Of a stretch of 64,000 nt of DNA, positions 7,180 to 21,094 are shown piece by piece (position 1 is the first letter of the stretch; every line of letters starts with the position of its first letter). Position numbers and translations under genes: made by a program. The DNA is from Longimicrobiales bacterium (GTDB lineage: Bacteria > Gemmatimonadota > Gemmatimonadetes > Longimicrobiales > Gaopeijiaceae). The stretch lies in assembly GCA_963664435.2 (NCBI GenBank), contig CAXXKM010000001.1, positions 1,280,001 through 1,344,000 of the forward strand, read 5' to 3'. The notes beneath the pieces were generated by a model, which worked only from the letters and a program-made list of their open reading frames with translations, was not told the DNA's origin and made no database searches.

Positions 7180-9783
7180 ATGACTCAGGACACGCCGCTC
7201 ATGCGCCAGTGGCGGGCCGTGAAGGCGCGCCACCGCGATGCCCTGGTGTTCATCCGGGTGGGCGATTTCTTCGAGCTCTTCAACGAGGATGCGCGCAAGG
7301 GCGCGCGCCTGCTCGGGCTGACGCTTACGGCGCGCAACAACGGGGCGGCGCGGCAGGTTCCGCTCGCGGGGGTGCCCGCCAAGGCGCTGGACGACTACCT
7401 GCGCAAGCTGGTGAAGCTGGGTTGCCGGGTGACCATCTGCGACCAGGTCGAAGATGCCAGGGCGGCCAAGGGGCTGGTGCGCCGCGAGGTGGTGGAGACC
7501 ATTACTCCCGGCACGGTCGTCCACGACGAGCTGCTGGAGGCCCGGCGCAACAACTTCCTGGTCGCGCTCGCGCCCGCGGAGAAGGAACTCGGCGGCCTGG
7601 CGGCCCTCGACCTGTCCACGGGCGAACTGGTGCTCGAGGTCGTGGGCGAGGAAGCCCTCGCCGCCCGCATGGGCGAGTTGGCGCCGGCCGAGCTGCTCCT
7701 GCCCGCTTCCCTGGAGGGGCGAACGGTGCCGGGCGCTGCGCCCGATACGCTGGTCACCCTCCGGGACGACTGGATCTTCGGGGAGGAGGCGGCGCGCGAG
7801 GAAGCGCGGCGCGCCTACGGAGTGCTGTCCCTGCAGGGATTCGGCATCGAGGCGGGCGATGCGCCCGCGGTGCGCGCCGCGGGCGCCCTGCTCGCCTACG
7901 TCGCCGAGATCCGTCCCGGCGGGGTGGCGCACCTTCAACCTCCCGCCGTGCGCCGTCCCGGCTCGACCATGGTGGTCGACGAGATGACGCGCCGGAATCT
8001 GGAGTTGACCGAACCTCTGCGGCCGGGAGACCAGGGCGCCACCCTCATCTCGGTGCTGGACGACACCGTGACCGCCATGGGCGCGCGCACGCTGCGGAGC
8101 TGGCTGCTGGCGCCGCTGGTGGAAGCAGCCGCCATCTGGAAGCGCCAGGAGGTGGTGGGGGAGTTCTTCGAACGGTTCGAAGTGCGGCGTGACGTTCGCG
8201 AGGCGCTCTCCGAGGTCGCCGATCTGGAGCGGCTGGCCGGCAAGATCTCGCTCGGACGGGTCATGCCGCGCGACCTGCTCGCGCTGGCGCGTTCCCTCGA
8301 CCGGGTCCCGCCGGTGCGGCGCGCGCTGGCGGCGGCCGAACTCCCCGGGCTGCGGGAGCGGGGAGCCCGGCTCGACGCCATGGAGGACGTGCGCGAGCTG
8401 CTCGGGCGGGCCATCGCCCCCGACGCACCCGCGACCCTGCAGGAAGGCGGCGTGATCCGGGCCGGGTACGACACGGCCCTGGACGCGCTCCGCCAGACCC
8501 GCGGCGATGCGCGCACGTCGATCGCGACGCTGCAGGCCCGGGAGCGGAAACGCACGGGCATCGCCTCGCTGAAGGTCGCCTACAACAAGGTATTCGGTTA
8601 CTACCTGGAGGTGACCCGGGCCAACCTGAGCCGGGTGCCGGACGACTACGTGCGCAAGCAGACACTGGCGAACGCGGAGCGCTTCTTCACCCCCGAACTG
8701 AAGGAGTGGGAAGGCCGCATTCTGGACGCCGAGGACCGCATCGCCACCCTGGAGGCGGAACTGTTCGCCGCGGTGCGGGAGGAGGTGGCCGAGCAGGTGG
8801 GGCGGCTGCAGAGACTCGGGCGCGCGCTCGGGCGTCTCGATGCGCTGACGGGACTCGCGGAGGTGGCTGAGCGGAGCGGCTACGTCCGTCCGGAAATCCA
8901 TTCCGGCTACGCCGTCGAGGTACGCGCCGGGCGGCACCCCGTGGTGGAGGCGGTGATGCCCGCGGGCAGCTTCGTGCCCAACGATCTGGTTCTGGAGGAA
9001 GACGGTCGGGTGGTCGTGCTGACCGGCCCCAACATGGCGGGCAAGAGCACCATCCTGCGGCAGGCGGGGCTCATCCAGCTGCTCGCCCAGATGGGGTCCT
9101 TCGTGCCCGCCGACCGGGCAAGACTGCCGGTCTGCGACCGGATCTTCACCCGGGTCGGGGCGAGCGACAACCTGGCCCGCGGGCAATCGACCTTCATGGT
9201 CGAAATGCACGAATCGGCGGCGATCGTCCACGGCGCCACCGCGGACAGCCTGGTGCTGCTGGACGAGATCGGGCGCGGCACCTCCACCTACGACGGGGTC
9301 TCCATCGCGTGGGCGGTCACCGAGCATCTGCACGAGGTGGTCGGCGCCAAGACCATCTTCGCGACCCACTACCACGAGCTCACCCAGCTGGGCGAACTGC
9401 TCCCGGCGGTGCGCAACCTGAACGTGGCGGTGCGCGAATCCGGCGAGGACATCGTATTCCTGCGTCGTCTGGAGGAGGGGGGCGCCGACCGGTCCTACGG
9501 AATCCAGGTGGCGCGGCTGGCCGGGATGCCGCCGGCCATCGTGGAGCGGGCGAAGGAACTTCTGGCGGAACTGGAGGGAAGACGTACACATGACGGAGGG
9601 TGCCTGGGGCGTCAGGGCGAACGTCGCCCTTCTTCGGCCGTGGAGCCCGGCCAGCTCTCTCTCTTCGCGGCGGAAGCCGAGCTGTGCGCCCGCCTTCAGG
9701 AGATCGATCTCGACAACATGACCCCACTGGAATCCATGACAATGCTCGCGGAACTGCGCCGTCTCGCGCGCGGGGCGCGTTAG
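7180..9783 (+). CDS. mutS: DNA mismatch repair protein MutS
   Basis: TPLMRQW, GDFFELF, TGPNMAGKST, STFMVEM, DEIGRGTST, FATHYHEL, SYGIQVARLAG. Confidence 0.97.
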   Translation: MTQDTPLMRQWRAVKARHRDALVFIRVGDFFELFNEDARKGARLLGLTLTARNNGAARQVPLAGVPAKALDDYLRKLVKLGCRVTICDQVEDARAAKGLVRREVVETITPGTVVHDELLEARRNNFLVALAPAEKELGGLAALDLSTGELVLEVVGEEALAARMGELAPAELLLPASLEGRTVPGAAPDTLVTLRDDWIFGEEAAREEARRAYGVLSLQGFGIEAGDAPAVRAAGALLAYVAEIRPGGVAHLQPPAVRRPGSTMVVDEMTRRNLELTEPLRPGDQGATLISVLDDTVTAMGARTLRSWLLAPLVEAAAIWKRQEVVGEFFERFEVRRDVREALSEVADLERLAGKISLGRVMPRDLLALARSLDRVPPVRRALAAAELPGLRERGARLDAMEDVRELLGRAIAPDAPATLQEGGVIRAGYDTALDALRQTRGDARTSIATLQARERKRTGIASLKVAYNKVFGYYLEVTRANLSRVPDDYVRKQTLANAERFFTPELKEWEGRILDAEDRIATLEAELFAAVREEVAEQVGRLQRLGRALGRLDALTGLAEVAERSGYVRPEIHSGYAVEVRAGRHPVVEAVMPAGSFVPNDLVLEEDGRVVVLTGPNMAGKSTILRQAGLIQLLAQMGSFVPADRARLPVCDRIFTRVGASDNLARGQSTFMVEMHESAAIVHGATADSLVLLDEIGRGTSTYDGVSIAWAVTEHLHEVVGAKTIFATHYHELTQLGELLPAVRNLNVAVRESGEDIVFLRRLEEGGADRSYGIQVARLAGMPPAIVERAKELLAELEGRRTHDGGCLGRQGERRPSSAVEPGQLSLFAAEAELCARLQEIDLDNMTPLESMTMLAELRRLARGAR

Positions 9784-9785
9784 AC

Positions 9786-10217
9786 ATGCCGGCGCCGCTC
9801 CCGCCTTCAGGGCGCCTTGCCGGCCCGGTGCCTCGCCGCTCTCGCCGCGCGCGTGGCTTCATCCACGGAATGCTGGCGATCCCGACCCTGGGCGTGTCCT
9901 GGCTCACAGCCTGCGCCGGCGATGCCGAGGTGGAGGATCCCGCGCCCCTGGGCGACGCCGTCCCCATCGAATACCCGCTCGAGATGTGGGATCAGGGAAT
10001 CGAGGGCGAGACGGTGCTCCAGGTCCGCGTCAACGAGCTGGGTGAGGTGGATTCCGTCGCGGTGATCGAGACCAGCGGGCACGAGTCGCTCGATTCGGCC
10101 GCGGCCGAGGGCGCGCGCGCGATGACCTTCCATCCCGCGCGGAGGGACGGGCGTGATGTTCCGGTGTGGGTACGCATGCCGGTGCAGTTCTCCAGGCAGT
10201 CGAGCCCCGAACCTTGA
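9786..10217 (+). CDS. Short TonB C-terminal domain protein
   Basis: YP...GIEGETVL...VNELGEV...SGHESLDSAA...FHPARRDG; possible lipobox LTAC; start uncertain. Confidence 0.8.
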   Translation: MPAPLPPSGRLAGPVPRRSRRARGFIHGMLAIPTLGVSWLTACAGDAEVEDPAPLGDAVPIEYPLEMWDQGIEGETVLQVRVNELGEVDSVAVIETSGHESLDSAAAEGARAMTFHPARRDGRDVPVWVRMPVQFSRQSSPEP

Positions 10218-10245
10218 TGGCCGCCCGCAGGGAAGGATCGTGGCG

Positions 10246-11637
10246 ATGAGCGTCCGCCATCGGGAGCCCTACGACAACGTGATGGAGATGGTGGGGTGGA
10301 CCCCGCTGGTGCGTTTGCACGGTGTCGCCGCGGACTGCCGCACCCCCGTCTACGGGAAGTGCGAGTTCATGAGCCCCGGCGGTTCGGTGAAGGATCGCAT
10401 CGGCCTCGCCCTGGTGAGCGCGGCGGAGCGGGACGGAACCCTGCGCCCGGGCGGCGTGATCGTCGAAGCCACCAGCGGGAACACCGGGCTGGCGCTCGCG
10501 ATGGCCGCGGCGACGCGCGGGTATCGCTGCGTCTTCACCATGCCCGACAAGATGAGCCAGGAGAAGGTGAAGCTGCTGCGCGCCTTCGGGGCGGAGGTGG
10601 TGATCACCCCCACGGCCGTCGGGCCCGACCATCCCGACCACTACCAGCAGGTCGCCCGCCGCATCACCCGGGAGACCCCCGGCGCCGTACTGGCCGACCA
10701 GTTCTACAACCTCGAGAACCCGAAGGCCCACTACGCCACGACAGGCCCCGAACTCTGGGAGCAGAGCGGAGGCCGCATCACACACCTGGTGGGCGGGGCG
10801 GGCACCGGAGGGACCATCTCCGGCACCGGCGCATACCTGAAGGAGAGGAATCCGGCGGTCGAGGTGGTGGGCGTGGATCCGGTGGGGTCGGTGATTTCCT
10901 CCTTCTTCAACACCGGCGAGATGGGGGAGGGGCACCCGTACCTGGTGGAGGGACTCGGCAACGACAAGATCCCCGGCGCGCTGAACCTCGACGTGGTGGA
11001 CGCGTACGTGACCGTCAAGGACGGCGAAGCCTTCCGCATGGCGCGCCGGCTGACCACGGAGGAGGGACTCTTCGTGGGCGGCTCGTCCGGGCTGAACACG
11101 CACGCCGCGGTGGAGCTGGCCCGCCGGCTCGACGACCAGGAGGCCTTCGTGGTCGCGATTCTGTGCGACTGGGGAGAGCACTACCTTACCAAGATGTACG
11201 ACGACGAATGGATGCGTGAGAACGGTTTCCTGGAACGCCCGCGCAGGAGCGTCCACGACCTCGTGCGCGCCAAGGAACCGCTCGACTTCCGGCTGCTGAC
11301 GGCAACGCCCTCCACCCCCGTGCGCATGGCGGTGTCCACCTTGAGCAGCCACGGGATTTCACAGCTCCCGGTGGTTCGGGACGGGGATTGCGTGGGCTCG
11401 CTGAGCGAGGGAAGGCTCATGGCACGGGTCATCCAGGACCCGGGAGTCCTGGACCACCCGGTGGAGACCGTGATGGGCTCGCCCTTCCCGGTGGTGGACA
11501 GCCATCTCGACGCCGAGAAGGCGACCCGGCTGCTGACCCGGGAGAACCCCGCGGTCCTGGTGAGGGCCAACGGAAGGCTGGAGGACATTCTCACCCGCTT
11601 CGACATCGTGCGCACGCTCACGGGAGCGGCCCGTTGA
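10246..11637 (+). CDS. Cystathionine beta-synthase / PLP cysteine-synthase family protein with C-terminal CBS domains
   Basis: PGGSVKDR (PLP Lys), EATSGNTG, GTGGT; C-terminal CBS pair (ISQLPVV...GSLSE; ILTRFD). Confidence 0.9.
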   Translation: MSVRHREPYDNVMEMVGWTPLVRLHGVAADCRTPVYGKCEFMSPGGSVKDRIGLALVSAAERDGTLRPGGVIVEATSGNTGLALAMAAATRGYRCVFTMPDKMSQEKVKLLRAFGAEVVITPTAVGPDHPDHYQQVARRITRETPGAVLADQFYNLENPKAHYATTGPELWEQSGGRITHLVGGAGTGGTISGTGAYLKERNPAVEVVGVDPVGSVISSFFNTGEMGEGHPYLVEGLGNDKIPGALNLDVVDAYVTVKDGEAFRMARRLTTEEGLFVGGSSGLNTHAAVELARRLDDQEAFVVAILCDWGEHYLTKMYDDEWMRENGFLERPRRSVHDLVRAKEPLDFRLLTATPSTPVRMAVSTLSSHGISQLPVVRDGDCVGSLSEGRLMARVIQDPGVLDHPVETVMGSPFPVVDSHLDAEKATRLLTRENPAVLVRANGRLEDILTRFDIVRTLTGAAR

Positions 11638-11662
11638 GCGGCGCCCGGCGGGGAATGCGGCG

Positions 11663-12688
11663 ATGAAGGTCGCCGTGCTCATGGGCGGGACGTCCGAGGA
11701 ACGGCCGGTATCGCTGGTCTCGGGCGCCGCGGTCGCCGCCGCGCTGCGCGGCCGCGGCCATGAGGTCGTGGCGGTGGACCCGGCCTCGGGCGTGCTCGGC
11801 CGGGAGCGGGAACGCGAGTTGCGCGAGTCGGGGGTGGCCCGGGAGGCGCCGCCCTCCGCGGGACCGGGCGGGAGCGACCCCCTCCTCCTCCTCGACGAGG
11901 CGTTGCGGGCGTGCGCGCCCGAGGTGGTCTTCCCGGCGCTCCATGGCGGGACCGGCGAGGACGGCACCGTGCAGTCGCTGCTCGACCTGATCGGGATCCC
12001 CTATGCGGGGAGCGGACACACCGGCTGCGCCCTGGCCATGGACAAGGACCTCACCAAGCGGCTGCTGCGCGACGCCGGCATCCCGACGCCCGAGTGGATT
12101 GCCGGTCGCGCGCCCGCGGACCGCGCCGTCGCCGGGCTGGGGCTTCCCCTGATCGTCAAGCCGCCGAGGGGCGGGTCGACGCTGGGACTCACGCTGGTGC
12201 ATCGCGCCGACGAGATCCCCGCCGCGGAGGAGCAGGCGCTCGCGTACGGCGGCGAGGTCATGTTCGAGCGCTACGTTCGGGGACGGGAGCTGACGGTGGG
12301 CATTCTGGGGGAGCAGGCGCTCCCGCCGGGCGAAATCATCCCCGAAAACGAGATCTTCGACTACGAGTGCAAGTACCAGCCGGGGATGGCGCGCGAGATC
12401 TTCCCGGCCCGCATCCCGGAGGGCATCGCCGCCACGCTGCGCCGGCAGGCGCTCGCCGTGCACCGCGTCCTCCGGCTCGACGGCTTCAGCCGGGTCGACT
12501 TCATCCTGGACTCCGCGGGCACCCCCTGGTGCCTCGAGGCGAACGCGCTTCCGGGCCTGACGCCCGCCAGCCTGCTGCCGCGGGCAGGACGCGCCGCCGG
12601 GCTGTCCTTCGGCGAACTGTGCGAGCACATCGCCGCCCTGGCTCTGTCCGGACGCGCCGCGCCCGTCGCCGCCGGATCGCGCGCATGA
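11663..12688 (+). CDS. ddl: D-alanine--D-alanine ligase
   Basis: GGTSEERPVSL, LHGGTGEDG, AMDK, GSTLG, FDYECKY, EANALPG. Confidence 0.93.
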   Translation: MKVAVLMGGTSEERPVSLVSGAAVAAALRGRGHEVVAVDPASGVLGRERERELRESGVAREAPPSAGPGGSDPLLLLDEALRACAPEVVFPALHGGTGEDGTVQSLLDLIGIPYAGSGHTGCALAMDKDLTKRLLRDAGIPTPEWIAGRAPADRAVAGLGLPLIVKPPRGGSTLGLTLVHRADEIPAAEEQALAYGGEVMFERYVRGRELTVGILGEQALPPGEIIPENEIFDYECKYQPGMAREIFPARIPEGIAATLRRQALAVHRVLRLDGFSRVDFILDSAGTPWCLEANALPGLTPASLLPRAGRAAGLSFGELCEHIAALALSGRAAPVAAGSRA

Positions 12689-13539
12689 CCTGGTCGTCGT
12701 TCCAGCCGGGCTACGGCGCCTCCGTACTCACGCCCTGGGTGAAGCGACTGCTGATCGCCAACGCGGCGATCTTCCTGCTCATGTGGGTCAGCGGGAGCGC
12801 CGGCTTCTTCGTGGAGTGGTTCGCGTTCCGGCCGTCCCGCATCCTCACCCGCCCCTGGGGCGCGCTCACCTACATGTTCCTGCACGCGGGCTTCTGGCAT
12901 GTGTTCATCAACATGCTGATGCTGTTCTTCTTCGGCATGCCGCTGGAGCGCCGCTGGGGTTCGCGCGAGTTCATCAAGTACTATCTGCTGTGCGGACTCG
13001 GAGGAGTGGCCCTCAGCTTCGTCTTCCAGTCCTCTTCGATCATCGGCGCGTCGGCGGCGGTGTACGGCCTGATGGTCGCCTTCGCCATGACCTGGCCGGA
13101 CGCGCCCATCTACATCTGGGGGATCTTTCCGGTCAAGGCGAAATGGCTGGCCGCCTTCCTCTTCGTGGTGAGCACGCTGAGCGCCTTCGGAGGAGGGGGG
13201 GACGGGATCGCCCACTTCGCCCACCTGGGCGGCCTGGTCACGGGGTTCGTCTACCTCAGGACCGACTGGCGAACCCCCGCGTGGCTGCCGGGGCGCGGCA
13301 GCGGCGGCTCCTCCCGTGCGGGCGGAAGATCCGGTTCCGGCACGACGCCCGGACGGCGGCCGACCCCCCCGGCGGATCCCACCGGTCGCCCGGAAGGTTG
13401 GCGGAGAGGCGACGAGGAAGCCCTGCTGGACGAAGTGGACGCCATCCTCGACAAGATCTCGCGCAGCGGGATGAGGTCGCTCACGCGCAAGGAACTCGAA
13501 CTCCTCAACGAGGTTTCCCGCCGGCGCCGCTCTTCCTAG
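12685..13539 (+). CDS. Rhomboid intramembrane serine protease with C-terminal DUF6576-like tail
   Basis: TYMFLHAGFWH, catalytic IGASAA and AHFAHLGG; tail VDAILDKISRSG; ATGA overlap with ddl. Confidence 0.9.
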   Translation: MTWSSFQPGYGASVLTPWVKRLLIANAAIFLLMWVSGSAGFFVEWFAFRPSRILTRPWGALTYMFLHAGFWHVFINMLMLFFFGMPLERRWGSREFIKYYLLCGLGGVALSFVFQSSSIIGASAAVYGLMVAFAMTWPDAPIYIWGIFPVKAKWLAAFLFVVSTLSAFGGGGDGIAHFAHLGGLVTGFVYLRTDWRTPAWLPGRGSGGSSRAGGRSGSGTTPGRRPTPPADPTGRPEGWRRGDEEALLDEVDAILDKISRSGMRSLTRKELELLNEVSRRRRSS

Positions 13540-13618
13540 CTTCTGCTCCCGGCCGAATTCGCCGAAACGACGACGCCGCGCCGCGTCGCCCGACTCAAAA
13601 CACGTTTCAGGAGGCCAG

Positions 13619-15709
13619 ATGGCGGAAGGGAAGGAGTACCTGACGGAGGATATTCGCAACGTGGCCATACTCGGCCACGGCGGCTCCGGCAAGACCATGC
13701 TGGTGGACGCCCTTGCATTCGTGGGAGGGACGGCCCGGCGCAAGGGCAATGTGGCGGAGGGACACGCCCTCACGATGACCGCGCCCGAGGAGATTCAGCA
13801 GGGGATCTCGATGCAGCTCACGCCCGCCTTCAGCGAGTGGAAGGGGACGAAGATCAACCTGATCGATACGCCCGGATACCTGGACTTCACGGGGGAGGCC
13901 CTGGCTGCGGTGCGGGTGGCGGACGCGGCCGTCATCGTGGTGAGCGCGACCTCGGGCGTCGAGGTCGGGGCCGAACGGGTGTGGCGCTACTGCGAGGAGC
14001 GCGGCATCCCGCGCATGTTCTTCGTCTCGATGATGGACAAGGAGCACGCCGACTTCCGCAAGGTATTCGAGAACATCAAGGAGATCCTGGCCGACAGCGC
14101 ATTGCCGGTCGAGATACCGGTGGGAGAGGGACCCGGCTTCCGCGGGATCATCAACCTGTTCAGCGGACGCACCCACATGTATCGGGAAGGCTCCGCCACC
14201 GGCGAATACGACGAAGCCGAGGTCCCTTCCGACCTGGAGGACATCTTCGAGGAGTGGACCACGGAACTGCAGGAAACCCTGGCGACCACCGACGAGGAAC
14301 TCCTGGACCGCTACCTGGAGGGCGAGGAGATTACGCGCGAGGAAGCCCTCGAGGCCATGGCCATCGCGATGGGGCGGGGCGAAGTGGTGCCCGTCTTCTG
14401 CGGCTCCTCGACGCGCGTCTACGGGATCCGGGCGCTGCTGCGCAAGATGGTCGAGCTCTTTCCCGATCCCTCCGAGTCGGGCAGCCACTCCGCCTCCCGT
14501 CCGGGCCTGGACCAGGACACGGAGCTCCAGGCGTCCGACAACGGATCGTTCGCGGCGCTGGTCTTCAAGACCGCAACCGAACCGCACGTGGGCGAGCTGT
14601 CGTATTTCCGCGTGTTCAGCGGCGTCGCCGTCAACGGGATGGAGGCGCACAACGCCGACCGCAGCTCGAGCGAGAAGCTGAACCACGTGTCCATACCCCT
14701 GGGGCGGGAACGCCTGGAGGTGCCCCGCCTGCACGCAGGCGACATTGGCGTGGTGGCCAAGCTCAAGAACACGAGCACCAACGACACCCTGTCCTCCTCC
14801 GCCCGGCCCCTCGTCCTCCGGAAGATCGACTTCCCGGAGCCGGACGTGTCGGTGGCGATGAGGGGCGCGACCCGCGCGGATGACGACAAGATCGGCGAAG
14901 CCCTGCAGAAGCTGCACGACGAGGATCCGACCTTCCACGCCGCGTACAATCCGGAGCTGGGACAGACGATAGCGCGGGGACTCGGGGAGCTGCACCTAGA
15001 CGTCCAGATGCAGCGCATGAAGCGCAAGTACAACGTCAGCGTGGAGACGGAGCAGCCCAAAATCGCCTACCGGGAGACCATCACGCGCACCGCCGAGGGA
15101 CGCGGACGCTTCAAGAAGCAGACAGGCGGCCGCGGACAGTTCGGTGACTGCTGGGTGCGCCTGGCGCCCCGGCCGCGCGGCGAGGGCTACGAGTTCGTGG
15201 ACAGCATCAAGGGGGGCGTCATCCCCGGGAAATACGTCCCGTCGGTGAACAAGGGCATCCAGGAGGCGGCCGGAAAAGGGGTCCTGGCCGGGTTTGCCCT
15301 GGTGGATTTCGCCGCCGAGTGCTACGACGGCTCCTACCACTCGGTGGACTCCTCCGACATCGCGTTCAAGGTGGCCGGGTCGATGGCCTTCCGCGAAGTC
15401 GCGGGCAGGGCGGGGCCGGTGCTGCTGGAACCGATCATCGAGGTCGAGGTGTCGACTCCGGACGAGTACATGGGCGACATCATGGGCGACATCACGCAGC
15501 GTCGCGGCAAGGTCCAGGGCATGGTGCCCGGCAACGGAAGCACGACCGTGCAGGCGCTCGTTCCTGAAGCCGAACTCTACAAGTACGCCACCGCTCTGCG
15601 GTCCATGACCCAGGGACGCGCCCACCACACACGGACCCTCGCCGGGTACGAGCCGATGCCGGCACACGAGGCGCAGCAGGTGATCGAGGCGCTCAAGGCG
15701 GAGGAGTAG
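13619..15709 (+). CDS. Elongation factor G paralog (EF-G2-like)
   Basis: Full EF-G architecture: GHGGSGKT, DTPGY, GLGELHL, KQTGGRGQFG, YHSVDSS, LRSMTQG; AGGAGG RBS. Confidence 0.92.
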   Translation: MAEGKEYLTEDIRNVAILGHGGSGKTMLVDALAFVGGTARRKGNVAEGHALTMTAPEEIQQGISMQLTPAFSEWKGTKINLIDTPGYLDFTGEALAAVRVADAAVIVVSATSGVEVGAERVWRYCEERGIPRMFFVSMMDKEHADFRKVFENIKEILADSALPVEIPVGEGPGFRGIINLFSGRTHMYREGSATGEYDEAEVPSDLEDIFEEWTTELQETLATTDEELLDRYLEGEEITREEALEAMAIAMGRGEVVPVFCGSSTRVYGIRALLRKMVELFPDPSESGSHSASRPGLDQDTELQASDNGSFAALVFKTATEPHVGELSYFRVFSGVAVNGMEAHNADRSSSEKLNHVSIPLGRERLEVPRLHAGDIGVVAKLKNTSTNDTLSSSARPLVLRKIDFPEPDVSVAMRGATRADDDKIGEALQKLHDEDPTFHAAYNPELGQTIARGLGELHLDVQMQRMKRKYNVSVETEQPKIAYRETITRTAEGRGRFKKQTGGRGQFGDCWVRLAPRPRGEGYEFVDSIKGGVIPGKYVPSVNKGIQEAAGKGVLAGFALVDFAAECYDGSYHSVDSSDIAFKVAGSMAFREVAGRAGPVLLEPIIEVEVSTPDEYMGDIMGDITQRRGKVQGMVPGNGSTTVQALVPEAELYKYATALRSMTQGRAHHTRTLAGYEPMPAHEAQQVIEALKAEE

Positions 15710-15724
15710 AGCAGGAGAAGGCCG

Positions 15725-16474
15725 GTGGCCGGACACAGCAAGTGGGCGCAGATCAAGCGCAAGAAGGCCGTCAACGACGCCCGGCGCGGCCAGATGTTCA
15801 CCAAGCTCATCCGCGAGCTGACGGTGGCGGCCCGCGACGGCGGCGGCGATCCCAACTTCAACCCGCGCCTGCGCCTGGCGGTGGACACCGCCAAGGCCGG
15901 GAACATGCCCCAGGAGAACATCGAGCGGGCGATCAAGAAGGGGACCGGTGAACTCGCGGGCATCAACTACGAGGAAGTGGTCTACGAAGGCTATGCCCCC
16001 GGCGGGGTCGCGCTCTACATCGAGACCCTGACCGACAATCCCAAGCGCACCGTGGCGGCGGTGAGGCACCTCCTCACCAAGAACGGAGGCAGCCTGGGGA
16101 CCGCCGGGTCGGTGGCCTGGCAGTTCGACCGCAGGGGGCAGATCTACATCGAGGCGGCCGAGCACTCCGAGGAGGAGGTGCTCGAGGCGGCGCTCGAGGC
16201 GGGGGCGGAGGACGTGGCGCGGGAGGGCGGCGACATCGTCGTCACGACCGAACTGGCCTCCTTCCACCAGGTCCAGGAGGACATGCGCCAGGCCGGAGTC
16301 CGCATCGCGCAGGCGGAGCTCGCGATGATTCCGCAGAACGAAGTGGACGTCGCGGGAAGGACCGCGGAACGGCTGGTCCGCCTGATGGAGGCGCTCGACG
16401 GGTCGGACGACGTTCAGAAGATCTCGTCCAACGGCAACATCGACGAGGAAACCCTGGCCCTGCTGTCGGAATGA
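15725..16474 (+). CDS. yebC: YebC/PmpR family protein
   Basis: MAGHSKWAQIKRKK, NPRLR, YEGYAPGG. Confidence 0.95.
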   Translation: MAGHSKWAQIKRKKAVNDARRGQMFTKLIRELTVAARDGGGDPNFNPRLRLAVDTAKAGNMPQENIERAIKKGTGELAGINYEEVVYEGYAPGGVALYIETLTDNPKRTVAAVRHLLTKNGGSLGTAGSVAWQFDRRGQIYIEAAEHSEEEVLEAALEAGAEDVAREGGDIVVTTELASFHQVQEDMRQAGVRIAQAELAMIPQNEVDVAGRTAERLVRLMEALDGSDDVQKISSNGNIDEETLALLSE

Positions 16475-16499
16475 GGGCCGGGCGGCCGCGCAGCGTCCG

Positions 16500-17000
16500 G
16501 TGACGCCGCCGGAAGGGACGCTGATCGTGCTCGGGGTGGATCCGGGCACGGCGCGCACCGGCTACGGGGTGGTCGCCAGCCGGGAGCGCACGCTCTCGCT
16601 GCTCGAGTGCGGAGTGGTGCGCACCCGGCCCCGGCGCCCGCTTGCCGACCGCATCCGCCACATCTTCGAGGCGATGCAATCGATCATCGAGCGCTTCGAG
16701 CCCTCCGTGCTCTCCGTCGAGAAGGTGTTCCAGGGGAAGAATCCGCAGAGCGCGCTGACCCTGGGCCATGCACGCGGCGCCATCCTGTTGGCGGGCGCGC
16801 TCGCCGGAGTCCAGATTGCCGAGTATTCGCCGACCGCGATCAAGAAGGCGGTGGTCGGTACCGGTCGGGCCACCAAGGAACAGGTGGGGTTCATGGTCAA
16901 GACACATCTGCGGCTGGCTTCCGCGCCTTCGCCCGACGACGCGGCCGATGGAGTGGCGGTCGCGCTCTGCCACTGTCTGATCGGGAGCCTGCCCGGGTGA
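16500..17000 (+). CDS. ruvC: Holliday junction resolvase RuvC
   Basis: [33 protein letters not shown]. Confidence 0.95.
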   Translation: MTPPEGTLIVLGVDPGTARTGYGVVASRERTLSLLECGVVRTRPRRPLADRIRHIFEAMQSIIERFEPSVLSVEKVFQGKNPQSALTLGHARGAILLAGALAGVQIAEYSPTAIKKAVVGTGRATKEQVGFMVKTHLRLASAPSPDDAADGVAVALCHCLIGSLPG

Positions 17001-17592
17001 TCAGCAGGCTGCACGGAGTTCTGATCGAGGCGGACATGGACTCGGTCGAGGTCGAGACCGCGGGCGGCGTCGTATACGAGGTTCACGTGCCGGCCACGGT
17101 GGCGGGGCGCCTGCCGCGTCCGGGTTCGGAGGTGCGCCTGCGCACGGTCCAGGTCGTACGCGACGACTCGGTCACCCTGTACGGTTTTCTCGAGGCCCGA
17201 GAGCGCGACATGTTCCAGCGCCTGCTGGGAACGACCGGCATTGGCGCCAAGCTGGCACGCGAGATGCTCTCGACCTATTCCGCCCGGCGGCTCGCGCAGG
17301 CCCTGGCCAACAAGGAGACGGCCGTGCTGACGCGCGTGAGCGGGGTCGGAAAGAAAACGGCCGAGCTGCTCATCCTCAGGTTGAGCGACAAGGTGCGCGA
17401 CCTGGCGCTGGCGCGGGGAGGCGGGGAGGCGGCGCCTCGCGGCGCGCGGGAGGCGGTCAATGCGCTGATGGCTCTGGGGTATTCCTTCGCGCAGGCGGAC
17501 GAAGCGGTGCGCGGCGTGCCGGACCTCGAGGGGGCGGGAGAGGAGATGAAGACCGAGGAACTGATCCGCAAGGCGCTCGAGCGCATCGGCCG

Positions 17593-17596
<4 letters not shown>
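16997..17596 (+). CDS. ruvA: Holliday junction branch migration protein RuvA
   Basis: GGVVYEV, TLYGF, HhH motifs GIGAKLA and [15 protein letters not shown]. Confidence 0.95.
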
Positions 17597-21049
<3,453 letters not shown>

Positions 21050-21094
21050 AACATCAACCCCCGGCCCCGGGCCGGCCCATCGGAGGAACGGATC

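Noticed and set aside
11911..12684. Apparent long N-terminal extensions or fusions in the ORF track (rhomboid, tgt, PASTA, FNR, TamA, holA, lgt and others)
   Set aside because: The extensions are Arg/Pro/Gly-rich off-frame read-ins overlapping the upstream gene. Credible starts sit at stop-start overlaps or after RBSs.
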